Made by a program: the position numbers and the translations under genes
Part shown: positions 17,851-27,206 of the stretch, piece by piece
How the letters are laid out: each line of letters starts with the position of its first letter
Position numbering within the stretch: the stretch's first letter is position 1
Notes under the pieces: model-generated
Databases searched by the model: none
What the model was told of the DNA's origin: nothing
Seen by the model: the letters and a program-made list of their open reading frames with translations, nothing else
Assembly: GCA_964386665.1 (NCBI GenBank)
Contig: CAYLQP010000004.1
Location: forward strand, 22,845-80,848
Reading direction: 5' to 3'
Source of the DNA: an uncultured Candidatus Saccharibacteria bacterium
GTDB taxonomy: Bacteria; Patescibacteriota; Minisyncoccia; Phycocordibacterales; CAIRYW01
DNA: 58,004 nt

Positions 17851-19662
17851 TTATTGTTCGAGGGCTTTTCGAGCTTCTCGCATTTGAAGTACTTGGGCAG
17901 GGTCAGATGTAATGATCTGATCTTCGGTATAAGAACCGATAATTTTGATTGCAACGTGTTTAAGTCCCGCAAAGAAGATCCCCTCCCCTACGTCTGATTC
18001 AAGCAAGAGGTACTTTTCTTCTTCTGTAAGGTTAAACGTTCTTTGAATTTCATCAATTGATGATGGGGATTGTTTGAGGAGAAGTTGGATAGAAGAGTTT
18101 GTGATAATAGGTCCTCCATAAGGTGATTTAAGGAAGTCTTCAACGTCTTGGGTAATAGTTGAAAGTGCGAGGTAGTATTTTCTTCCTCGTTTTGCAAGAC
18201 CAAGAAGGAATGATGCTGTGTCGTCTGATTTCATCATCCACCATGCCTCGTCGATCACAAGAAGTCGTTTTTTTAGTTTTTGTCGGATAGAGTTCCAAAT
18301 AAAGTGGGTCACAATATACATTGCAACTGGTTTAAGTTCGTCTTCCATATCTCGAAGTGAGAAAACAACAAATTTCTTGTTGATATCAACGTTTGTTGGT
18401 CTGTTGATAAATCCAGCCCACGTTCCTTTTGTATATTTTTCGAGACGTTGTACGAGGGAAGATCCTCCTTCCATTCCGGCGAGTACAAGTTCAAAGTCAG
18501 ACATAAGAGGTGGTTCAATTGCAGTGAAATCTGATGTTGGAGTGATATCTTTGAGTGCGTATGTTTCACTAATCGCTCGGTCAATGATTGAATCTTCTTC
18601 TGGAGTGAGTCCTCCAAGCATAATACGAAACAGACCAACAAGGTTGATGATGTTTGATCGAAGTACGTCGGCTGGTGATTCATCTTCTCGTGCAACCGGA
18701 AGATCAAATGGGTTGATGTGGTGTTCAGAAGTAAGAGAAATATTAAAATATCGCCCCCCTGTTGCTTCTGCCATATACTCATATTCTCGTTCAGGGTCGA
18801 TGACAATCACATCAATATCAAACATAAGCGAACGAAGGATTTCGAGTTTTGTACAATAACTTTTTCCCGCTCCGGCTTTGGCAAAGGTAACTGAGTTGTA
18901 GTTTTCGAGAGAAAATCGGTCAAACAAAATAAGGCTTGAGTTGTGACGGTTAACTCCATACAGAATCCCTTTATCTGAAGTGAGGTCAAAAGAAATAAAT
19001 GGAAATATACTTGAGAGTGGTGATGAGTTTAGTTTTGAATTAACAGCAAGCTCATCTTGTCCAAGAGGCGCGACACTTCTAAACCCTTGTTCTTGTTGGA
19101 AGAGCGCTGGTTTGATGTATACGAGTTTTGATTCGAGAATTGAAACGATTTCAGATTCGATTTTGTCTATTTCATCTTCTGTTTCTCCGTAAATAGTAAA
19201 ATAAAGTCCTACATCAAAGATTCTTTCTTGGGCTTGTTGAAGCTGATCTCGGAGGCTTTCGAGGTCCTGGTAGGCAGTATCAAGAACTGGATCTCGCACC
19301 AACCCCTTTTCTTCTCTGTCACTTATTTGACTTTGTACCTCTGCCACCTTTTTCTTAAATTGGCGTAGTACTTGAGCAGTATCGATTGGATGGATAAATA
19401 TCGAAATATCAAATATTTTGTCTAAGTTAATGATTGGTGCAAACCAGCTCTCTGTTAAGAAACGCGGGTAAGAGATAACAAAAAAGGTTCTTGCAATCTT
19501 GCTTCCAAGATTGAGTTCTTTTGAAGAAATCTTGAGTGCTGATGGTGCGAGTACATCTTCAAGTTCAAGAACACCTGATTGATAAATTTCCTGTGGCAAA
19601 ATTGCAGTCACAGGTCTTTCAAGTTCTTCGTTCTTTTTTCCAAATAAACCAAAAAATGCCAT
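17851..19662 (-). CDS. virB4: VirB4/TraC-family type IV secretion ATPase
   Basis: 603 aa with Walker A FAKAGAGKSY, Walker B LLVIDEAWWMM and a C-terminal TQDVEDF region. Confidence 0.85.
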   Translation of the reverse strand: MAFFGLFGKKNEELERPVTAILPQEIYQSGVLELEDVLAPSALKISSKELNLGSKIARTFFVISYPRFLTESWFAPIINLDKIFDISIFIHPIDTAQVLRQFKKKVAEVQSQISDREEKGLVRDPVLDTAYQDLESLRDQLQQAQERIFDVGLYFTIYGETEDEIDKIESEIVSILESKLVYIKPALFQQEQGFRSVAPLGQDELAVNSKLNSSPLSSIFPFISFDLTSDKGILYGVNRHNSSLILFDRFSLENYNSVTFAKAGAGKSYCTKLEILRSLMFDIDVIVIDPEREYEYMAEATGGRYFNISLTSEHHINPFDLPVAREDESPADVLRSNIINLVGLFRIMLGGLTPEEDSIIDRAISETYALKDITPTSDFTAIEPPLMSDFELVLAGMEGGSSLVQRLEKYTKGTWAGFINRPTNVDINKKFVVFSLRDMEDELKPVAMYIVTHFIWNSIRQKLKKRLLVIDEAWWMMKSDDTASFLLGLAKRGRKYYLALSTITQDVEDFLKSPYGGPIITNSSIQLLLKQSPSSIDEIQRTFNLTEEEKYLLLESDVGEGIFFAGLKHVAIKIIGSYTEDQIITSDPAQVLQMREARKALEQ

Positions 19663-19670
19663 ATATAATT

Positions 19671-20306
19671 TTATTTTACTAATGTGCTTCCAATATTCAT
19701 TGGCTTCTCTACTTCTCCAGGGTTAAAGGTTTTATAGTAAAGCTCAATAAGTTCTTCTGTTCCAAGTGGCACTCCTCGAACTCCAAGTCGAGACAATCCT
19801 TGTACTACGACTTCCATTCGCTGAAGAAGTTGAGTTCTATTTTCTTCAAAACTATCCGCGTCTCCTTTATGGTTTGTCTTCTGCATTATACCAGAAAGAA
19901 TCCCTTTTTTTGTTTCAATGATTGCTGGAGTATATGGAATGATAACAAAAAATGTTTTTGTCATAATATTTACTGAGCTTGTGAAATTCTTGATGAAGTC
20001 GATGTATTCGTTGGTTTGTATCCGAAGAAGTTCGTTTTTTTGTTCTTTTGCGACGTCTTCGAGAAGACCAATATAAGGTTTTATATCAAGGCGTCGTGAT
20101 TGGGCAGTAATTTGAATAGAAAAGTTAAGTGAGTTAAGAAAGTTTTGAAATTGATAGATGATTGCAGTCTGTTCATCAACACTTTTGAGTGCAAAGTTAA
20201 TAGACGAAGTCATTACAACAGCACGCATTGAACCATCTTGCATAATTGCAATTCCGTCACGAATCTCTTTTATAGGTACAAAACTTTGGGTGCTTTTTGA
20301 TTGCAT
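19671..20306 (-). CDS. T4SS-operon protein, possibly a detached VirB4 N-terminal-like module
   Basis: 211 aa, 8 bp upstream of virB4. The start (FVPIKEIRDGIAIMQDGSMRAVVMTSSINFALKSVDEQTAII) resembles the start of Gram-positive VirB4 homologues. The resemblance was judged by eye only. Confidence 0.5.
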   Translation of the reverse strand: MQSKSTQSFVPIKEIRDGIAIMQDGSMRAVVMTSSINFALKSVDEQTAIIYQFQNFLNSLNFSIQITAQSRRLDIKPYIGLLEDVAKEQKNELLRIQTNEYIDFIKNFTSSVNIMTKTFFVIIPYTPAIIETKKGILSGIMQKTNHKGDADSFEENRTQLLQRMEVVVQGLSRLGVRGVPLGTEELIELYYKTFNPGEVEKPMNIGSTLVK

Positions 20307-20308
20307 AT

Positions 20309-20791
20309 TTATTTATATGGATTATACGCGTTATTTGCTTTTTTTGCATCTTGATATACGTTGTTCTCGTTTGTGTACTCTTTTGCGTCTGGCATTGTTT
20401 CATTGATATCTAGGTTCCAGGTGAGTTCTCGTAGTTTTGATTTTGAGAGTTTTGGTACATAGAGTTTTGAAACATTTGCGCCATTCACTATGACATTTGT
20501 TTTAGGAGCTTTTTTCTCTTTTTTCCAAATATATAACTTGTGAGTGAAAAAAAACTTTACTGCTGAAATAACTGTCTCGAGAAAAGGCTTGTTGTTTACC
20601 TTGTAAAACGCTAGTGCAACTGAGAATGCGGCAATAGGAAGAATAATAAGAAATGCAATAAAACTTGGGAGTAATCTATATACCAAAAAACACATTCCTC
20701 CCCCACCCACAAGATATACAAACTGTTTGAATGTAAGTGGTCCAAAGATCTTGTCTTCGATTTCGATAAATTGTGGGACTTGATATTGCAT
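20309..20791 (-). CDS. PrgI-family / VirB3-like small membrane protein
   Basis: 160 aa. MQYQVPQFIEIEDKIFGPLTFKQFVYL is followed by two TM helices, and the gene lies just upstream of the VirB4 genes. Confidence 0.6.
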   Translation of the reverse strand: MQYQVPQFIEIEDKIFGPLTFKQFVYLVGGGGMCFLVYRLLPSFIAFLIILPIAAFSVALAFYKVNNKPFLETVISAVKFFFTHKLYIWKKEKKAPKTNVIVNGANVSKLYVPKLSKSKLRELTWNLDINETMPDAKEYTNENNVYQDAKKANNAYNPYK

Positions 20792-20809
20792 AAAACTTTT
20801 TTGATTCTT

Positions 20810-21589
20810 TTATATAGCTTCTCGATACGGATCAATCTTCTTTTCTGGAGCATTTGTTGGTGTTACTTGAGTTTCTGGAAGAGGTGTTGTTTCTTGTTTT
20901 GGTGTGATTGCTTGTTCTATGGGCGCCTCTTTTTTTGGGATGACTTCAACTGGGGCCTTTTCAATGAATGAATGCATAGTGACAATGTTAGTGAGCTTTT
21001 CGTTATCGATATGACTTAAGATTTTTTCACCCAGGGTTTTAAGTTCGTTGGTGAGAGGAGATGTTTCAACGGTAGGTTCTGGCGATGTTGTGATTGTTTC
21101 TTGTGCCACGAGAGGTTCCTCTGTCTTCTTTTCCCCTTGGATTACTTTCCGCACTGTTGCTTTCGTTGGGTTCTCTATTTCTGCGAGGAGATCCTTGGGA
21201 TTGAGTCTGGTTTCATCTTCTTCATCTTCTTCGTGGATATGAATGAGTGTTTGAGGTTTGAAAGGGCTCTCGTGTTTGTATGTCTCAACCAAGATATGTT
21301 TGATTGGTTCAAAGACCGTATCGTTGATGTCTCGGACAATAGTACTTGCATCAAGAAGTGAAAGATGGAGTGCGCTTGAGATTTCTGTTTCGAGGTTTTT
21401 TGTGGCAATAATACCCATAACAGTATCCATAACAATATCGTGTAATATACCCGCTTCATCGATATGAAGATGGTGTTTTTCTGCAAGAGCAAATATTTTT
21501 TCACTTTGCTCTGATGATGTACAAAACTCCTGAATCTCTTTTGGGAGTTTTGCAAATAGTTCTCTGTATTGTTCTCGGGTAAGTTTCAT
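20810..21589 (-). CDS. acidic soluble protein of the T4SS-like operon, function unknown
   Basis: 259 aa with no TM segment and a Glu/Thr/Pro-rich C-terminal half. Confidence 0.55.
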   Translation of the reverse strand: MKLTREQYRELFAKLPKEIQEFCTSSEQSEKIFALAEKHHLHIDEAGILHDIVMDTVMGIIATKNLETEISSALHLSLLDASTIVRDINDTVFEPIKHILVETYKHESPFKPQTLIHIHEEDEEDETRLNPKDLLAEIENPTKATVRKVIQGEKKTEEPLVAQETITTSPEPTVETSPLTNELKTLGEKILSHIDNEKLTNIVTMHSFIEKAPVEVIPKKEAPIEQAITPKQETTPLPETQVTPTNAPEKKIDPYREAI

Positions 21590-21593
21590 AATA

Positions 21594-24422
21594 TTAAGGG
21601 TTTGAAGGGTTTATTGGTGGAATAGATGGAGGAGGTGGAACTCCAGTGCCTGGAGGAGGTACCGCAGGGTTAGGTGGTGTGTGAGAATTATTTTGAGATC
21701 CACCACTTGGAGGAGGTACCGCAGGGTTAGGTGGTGTGTGAGAACTATTCTGAGATCCACCACCACTACCAAATGGATTAGCTGGTTGTGGAGAAGTGGA
21801 TGCAGCAGACTGTCTATTTTGTCTTGTTTGTCTGTTTTGTGTTCTTGTTTTCATTGCGTCTTGTGCAATACCCTCTCCTTGCACACCCATTTCTGTTCCA
21901 TAGTATCGTGCCATATTTTTTCCGACTCGTCCTGTTGTAAAGTCTTTTGGTAACATTTTTTCTTCGTAATATTCAATTGCGTGATCAAGCGTTGAATCAT
22001 TACTTTCATTAAAGGTATTTGTTTCGCCAATACTTCGTAAGTATGCATTTATCTTAGTTCTAAATGCTCTCTTTGATGCTAAGTCGTTTGTATCAACTGC
22101 GTGTTTATATTCTTGAAGTCTTTTTATTTGTGGATCCATTGAACCACTTCCAAGGTCGTTATAATTTTGTTCATTTAATCGGCCGCTCCGTTGAAGTTGT
22201 TCAAAAAGGTTTCCTTGTATGAGATCCGCAACCATCGGGTTTGTAAGCTGCTCGGTCGAAAGTCCTTCTTGTTGTTTAGTGTTAAGGTTCGCAAAATACT
22301 TACGCAGTGCTACTCCATCGTCGCTATTTCTCAGTTTGAGCTGATTATCTTGTATCTTTGTTGTAACAGTCTTTAATTCATTTTCTGCTTTTGTAATATC
22401 AGCTTGATCTGCACCAGATCTTTTTAAAGCATCTAGTTTTTTTGTTAGTTCTTCTCGTTTTCCATTTAACCCTTTAAATTTTATTTTTGTTCCATCAGCT
22501 TGTGTTTCTTCAAATTCTTCATCTAATTCTTTGAATTCTTTAGTAGATTCAAGTTTTTTCTGCATCTCATCGTATCGTTGTCTATGTACAGGAAGAGCCC
22601 CTTCTTGTTTTCGTTTAAGCGCATCTTGTTGGTTAGGATCAAGACGACCAAGAAGTTTGTTTTTTGCTTTTTCTATTCTTGCTTTTTCTTTTGTATCTCC
22701 TTCTGCTTCTGCCGCCTTTATTTTTGCATCAAATTGCTCCATCATTTCTGCCTGATCATCAAGTTTCATTGCTTCCCATGCCTTTTCAAGTGCAACTCGA
22801 ACGTTAAGATCCTTTTCTGCTTTTAAGGTCATTTCAGCTAAGAATTCTGCTTGTGCAGCTGGTTCTCCTCGCATTTCATACAACGCTTCTGCAATACCAT
22901 GTTGCTTTTCATCAAACTCTTCTTTGAAGCTATTACCTTCTCCTACTTTTGCATTTACCCCTGCTTTCAACATACTTTTTACAGCACCAGCTCCTGCGCC
23001 CAATATACCACCTTTTGAAATCATCTTTTCCATTCCGGTTTTAAATTGACCTCTCCAACCATGACCGACTGTACCTGTTTTATCTTTTCCTTCATAAAGT
23101 GCATAAGCAGCTTTCCCAATTGTTCGTCGGACAGCTGCTTGTACTGGTCGTCCCCCAAGGTTAGCCTTGAGTTTTTTGTATGCTCCCATTGCTGCACCTG
23201 CTCCACTGGCCCCCATCTTCTCTCCTGCTACAAGGGCCATAATAAAGAAGTTGATGACTATGATGTAATTCACGACAGTTGGAATATCAAACCAAAACCC
23301 AGTATCTTTTCTATTGAGTGTACTTTGAAAATTGGGATCAAGCATTATATGAAAGGTTATCCAGATAATAGCAACAAATATAGGTGCATAAAATGACTCT
23401 GCAATCAGTTTTTCCCACCACTCATGTGCATATCCTTCAGTCTTATGTAGTAAACTTCCTGCAAACGCAAGTGAAGAGGTCATTATAAGAATCATAATGG
23501 TGACGAGCCGTTTTATAAATATAAGTGTGGCAGCCAAAAAGATACAAAAAACGAAAAACATTGCAATACTTCCCATTAAAAAGATGGTTCCAGCATTACT
23601 CTTTTGGGCAAAAGCTGTGGCACCAGACATATCTGCTCCTTTTGCATCTCCTTTTTTGTAGTCAGCAAATAATTTTTGAAATTGAAAAGAGGCCATAAAT
23701 GCACCTCCAATACCTCCCTTTGTAGTAGAAGGGCCATCATATGTTTTTGTAAATAAATCTGCTATATTATCTGTTTCTGCGCTAGGTTGAATTTTTTTAT
23801 AAAAACTAATTGCAAGAATATTTGAACTATCAACCACAACCTTAGCAAAAAACATACTAAAGTTGATAAGAATGGCGATAAGTACTAGTTTACTAAGCGT
23901 ATGTTTTACTCCATGTTCATTAAGTCCAAGAATTGTTGATATTGCTAAGTAAATAAGAATGAATATAAGAAGAATGTTAGTGAAATCTCGAAACACTTTC
24001 CATACGGCGCTAATGGCACCAATCTTATTTATTGTTTCTGCCATCCCAATCACTGTAAATTCAAAAACTATATTGAAAAGCCAAACACTAAATCCAAGTA
24101 TCCATGCTACCATCGCCAGTATGTAGTAAAATACTTTTTCAAAACAGTTCCATAGGCTTGAGTTATTATAGGCCTGACCATCAGGAAGCAGTACATTTTT
24201 TTCTCCAAGTGTTTCAAAAACACAAAGTCCGTTGTCATTATTTTTATTAGCTTGGACTGCCGCAATCTGACCATCAACAAACTCCTTGGGCATCATTGCC
24301 ATTGCAAGCACCTTGGGACCTGTATTTGGGATAACAATATGAAGCCAAAAAAGAGAAAAAGCAAAAACCAAAAAGATTTTTTTTATCAATAAGGTTTTGT
24401 TTTTTTCTCTTTTTTCAAACAT
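21594..24422 (-). CDS. large polytopic membrane protein, VirB6/TrbL-like by topology and context
   Basis: The N-terminal ~460 aa carry many TM helices. A long Lys/Glu-rich coiled-coil-like region and a Pro-rich tandem-repeat C-terminus follow. I moved the start to the MFEKREKNK Met (24422) so it does not overlap the divergent PAP2 gene. Confidence 0.55.
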   Translation of the reverse strand: MFEKREKNKTLLIKKIFLVFAFSLFWLHIVIPNTGPKVLAMAMMPKEFVDGQIAAVQANKNNDNGLCVFETLGEKNVLLPDGQAYNNSSLWNCFEKVFYYILAMVAWILGFSVWLFNIVFEFTVIGMAETINKIGAISAVWKVFRDFTNILLIFILIYLAISTILGLNEHGVKHTLSKLVLIAILINFSMFFAKVVVDSSNILAISFYKKIQPSAETDNIADLFTKTYDGPSTTKGGIGGAFMASFQFQKLFADYKKGDAKGADMSGATAFAQKSNAGTIFLMGSIAMFFVFCIFLAATLIFIKRLVTIMILIMTSSLAFAGSLLHKTEGYAHEWWEKLIAESFYAPIFVAIIWITFHIMLDPNFQSTLNRKDTGFWFDIPTVVNYIIVINFFIMALVAGEKMGASGAGAAMGAYKKLKANLGGRPVQAAVRRTIGKAAYALYEGKDKTGTVGHGWRGQFKTGMEKMISKGGILGAGAGAVKSMLKAGVNAKVGEGNSFKEEFDEKQHGIAEALYEMRGEPAAQAEFLAEMTLKAEKDLNVRVALEKAWEAMKLDDQAEMMEQFDAKIKAAEAEGDTKEKARIEKAKNKLLGRLDPNQQDALKRKQEGALPVHRQRYDEMQKKLESTKEFKELDEEFEETQADGTKIKFKGLNGKREELTKKLDALKRSGADQADITKAENELKTVTTKIQDNQLKLRNSDDGVALRKYFANLNTKQQEGLSTEQLTNPMVADLIQGNLFEQLQRSGRLNEQNYNDLGSGSMDPQIKRLQEYKHAVDTNDLASKRAFRTKINAYLRSIGETNTFNESNDSTLDHAIEYYEEKMLPKDFTTGRVGKNMARYYGTEMGVQGEGIAQDAMKTRTQNRQTRQNRQSAASTSPQPANPFGSGGGSQNSSHTPPNPAVPPPSGGSQNNSHTPPNPAVPPPGTGVPPPPSIPPINPSNP
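21651..21764. repeat. 2 x 57-bp tandem repeat
   Basis: Units at 21651-21707 and 21708-21764 with three mismatches. They encode GGSQN.SHTPPNPAVPPPS twice at the C-terminus of the VirB6-like protein. Confidence 0.85.
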
Positions 24423-24476
24423 AAGGTAATATAATAAGTATACAATATTTTTTTTAAAAAAAGTACCAAAAAACAA

Positions 24477-25232
24477 ATGAATCAATCAAAAACTAAGTAT
24501 TACTTATTGATAATTTTAATTTTTCCTCTTGTCATTTTTCTTACTTTAGGGTACAAAAATATTAATTCTTTTACTTTTTCTAAAACAGAAGAATGGGACC
24601 AAAATTTAATACATTCTATACAAAGCAATCGGATGCTCATTAATAATACAGTTTCATATATTAATTTAGGCACTCCCCCAAAAAATTCTTCAAAAGTGAC
24701 TCAAGATGAGCTTGCATATCTGATTAGTCTTAAAAAAGAAAGAACAGAAGAGAAGGTGAAGGAAATAAAAAGCGAAATAAATATAGAATACTGGATTTTT
24801 GATAATAAGTTTTTCTACGAGTATTTACAAGATAAGCAATATTCTGAATTTTTATTATCAGAGTTATCGACGTTGTACCCAATCACATTATATCAAAAAC
24901 AAATTTTTGATCGGGCTAGACCTTATATTTTAGATTCCAATGTTGATCCAATACTCTATCCTAAACATCCTGCATATCCAAGTGGTCATGCTACCCAGGC
25001 ATATTTTTTGGCTGAATTATTTTCACTTATTAATCCCTCTAAAAAAGAAATATATTTTGCCAATGCAAAGGTAATTGCCCATAATAGAGAAATTGCGGGA
25101 GTCCATTACCCAAGTGATAGTCAGGCGGGAAAAGAACTGGCTCAACAATACTTAAAGTTTAGGTTAAGTGATAATTCGTTTATTACAAACCTGAAAAAAG
25201 CAAAAGATTCTTTATCTCTGGAGAAAAATTAA
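24477..25232 (+). CDS. PAP2-superfamily phosphatase
   Basis: 251 aa with an N-terminal TM. PAP2 motifs are RARPY, PSGHA and NREIAGVHYPSD. Confidence 0.8.
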   Translation: MNQSKTKYYLLIILIFPLVIFLTLGYKNINSFTFSKTEEWDQNLIHSIQSNRMLINNTVSYINLGTPPKNSSKVTQDELAYLISLKKERTEEKVKEIKSEINIEYWIFDNKFFYEYLQDKQYSEFLLSELSTLYPITLYQKQIFDRARPYILDSNVDPILYPKHPAYPSGHATQAYFLAELFSLINPSKKEIYFANAKVIAHNREIAGVHYPSDSQAGKELAQQYLKFRLSDNSFITNLKKAKDSLSLEKN

Positions 25233-25238
25233 TTTATT

Positions 25239-27197
25239 TTATTCTTGCCCAATACTAAGCACTTCGTTGACTGCAATCTTCACAAGTTGATTTACAAGAG
25301 CTGATACGAGTTCATCAAATTCATCAGCTATTTCAATTCGTCGTTCTGCACTACCAATTCGTTGATTGATAACTGATTCGATTATTTGCCCTGGCGTACC
25401 TGTCTTTTCGTATTGTGGATCACAAGACCCATCCGCGCGAGTTGGACCATCACAGTATTTGAAGTTCTTGTAGCCTCTTGTCCAATCTAGTTCAATTTTT
25501 ACTGCATTTTGTCTTTGGCTAATACGAGTTCGAAGTTCGTCTTGAGCAAGAATTCGTGCCCCATGAATGTTGTTTGGTTGTTGAATGAGTTCAAACCATC
25601 CTGGAAGCCCTCCTTGGTTCCAGTCTTGTATAAAGCCGTTATAATTATTTTTTATAGCACTTAAAGTACATTTTGATTTATTGGCATATTTATTTGTATA
25701 TCCTCCAATTGTGTCTACAACAAGCTGTACTCGAAACGGCGCACATACATCAACTCCTATTGATTCCCCAAGGATTTCTTGAACAAAATTTCCCGCTTCT
25801 CTATCCGCAACGTCTTTGAGAAACGCTCCTGCGTTTTCAACAAAAACTGGTTTTCCTTGGAATCCTGAATTAACCCACTGTATGGTTGATTCCATTATGT
25901 AATGTATAAGTTCGTTTGCAATACAAAAACCGATCGCATCAAGACTTGGAGCCTCAAAAAGGTTGTTTATAAATCCAGTTAAGATGCCTCCCTGTTGAGC
26001 ATCAAGAGATCGTTCTTTCTGAGCCACTTTTCCGGTGTTTGCTTCAATAACTGGGTTAGTTACAGGTACTTTTGGATCAATTATACTATTTATGAGATTA
26101 CCTACTTTTGCTGTAATAAATCCACTTACGGCAGACTTTAAAAAACCTGCGGCAGCACTTACGATTGCGGTAAGCGCGCTTTTTGCAACTTCACCTACCA
26201 AGGTAGTGATAGCACAAGTTGCTGTAACTGTCGCGATTCCTTCAAGGATTGATGGACTATCTGACTCACCTCCACCTTCTTCAATTCCGCCAACTCCTGG
26301 AATTTCACCTATCTCTTCACCGTTTGGACCCGTTTCGCTGTGTTCTGGTGCTGTTGCAGCAGGAGATGTTTCTTCAACGACTGAAAAGAAATTATCACTA
26401 AGATCACTTGCAAGTAGTGTTTCTGGAGTACAGTTTGCTAATCCGCCACAAGGAACTTTGTTGTAAAGAGAAAGTTTGAGTTTATAAGACCCTGGTGGAA
26501 AGTCTTTTACCACTGTTGAAGAAATTGTGGCAATTTTTGGAATATTAAAATAAAAAGAGCCGTTTGCTGGGAGTGGGTATATGGTTCCTAGTTTAAAAGA
26601 ATTCGTTGCTATACTTCCTACTATTTCTATAACAATAGCTCCTTGTGTTGGTGGATTTGTTATTGAATAACTTCCCGGATATGTTTTTCCTATTCGGTAA
26701 ATTGTACTAATGTTTGGATTAAGTATTTTTATGCTTGTTCCTGCTGGAGCTTGGTCTGTTGTGACGGTAAGGATTTTTGAATTACTAATACCAGATGGCG
26801 TTTGAACAGAAACAGTGTGCGCTCCTGGTGTTACTGCCACAGGAGTCTGATCACACCCAGGGATTGCAACGGGTAGACCTAAAAAGCAGTCATTTTTTAT
26901 TTGACTTGGAATTGTAAAAGTAATGTTTGTTGTAGAAGATGCTGTGATTGTTGCACCTATTTTTCCATCAATAAGAATCCTGCTTTGACCTGGAACAAAT
27001 GATATTCCTGTTGCTACTACATTACTTCCAACTGTTCCTGAACTAGGATTAATTGACGTTAAACTAAAGCTTGTTGCTGCTCCTGGATCACTTGGAACTT
27101 GGGCAAACGTATGAATTCCAGTACTTAAAACAAAAAAAGAGATAAGTACGGTGAGTGTAAAAGTTTTTTTGAAAAAAGTACCTAGTTGTAATCGCAT
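25239..27197 (-). CDS. large secreted protein with N-terminal IPT/TIG-like Ig domains, a hydrophobic central segment and an unknown Cys-containing C-terminal domain
   Basis: 652 aa with a signal peptide. SLTSINPSSGTVGSNVVATGISF is an IPT-like start. A Gly/Glu linker and then hydrophobic helices follow. Confidence 0.6.
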   Translation of the reverse strand: MRLQLGTFFKKTFTLTVLISFFVLSTGIHTFAQVPSDPGAATSFSLTSINPSSGTVGSNVVATGISFVPGQSRILIDGKIGATITASSTTNITFTIPSQIKNDCFLGLPVAIPGCDQTPVAVTPGAHTVSVQTPSGISNSKILTVTTDQAPAGTSIKILNPNISTIYRIGKTYPGSYSITNPPTQGAIVIEIVGSIATNSFKLGTIYPLPANGSFYFNIPKIATISSTVVKDFPPGSYKLKLSLYNKVPCGGLANCTPETLLASDLSDNFFSVVEETSPAATAPEHSETGPNGEEIGEIPGVGGIEEGGGESDSPSILEGIATVTATCAITTLVGEVAKSALTAIVSAAAGFLKSAVSGFITAKVGNLINSIIDPKVPVTNPVIEANTGKVAQKERSLDAQQGGILTGFINNLFEAPSLDAIGFCIANELIHYIMESTIQWVNSGFQGKPVFVENAGAFLKDVADREAGNFVQEILGESIGVDVCAPFRVQLVVDTIGGYTNKYANKSKCTLSAIKNNYNGFIQDWNQGGLPGWFELIQQPNNIHGARILAQDELRTRISQRQNAVKIELDWTRGYKNFKYCDGPTRADGSCDPQYEKTGTPGQIIESVINQRIGSAERRIEIADEFDELVSALVNQLVKIAVNEVLSIGQE

Positions 27198-27206
27198 AAG
27201 TATATA

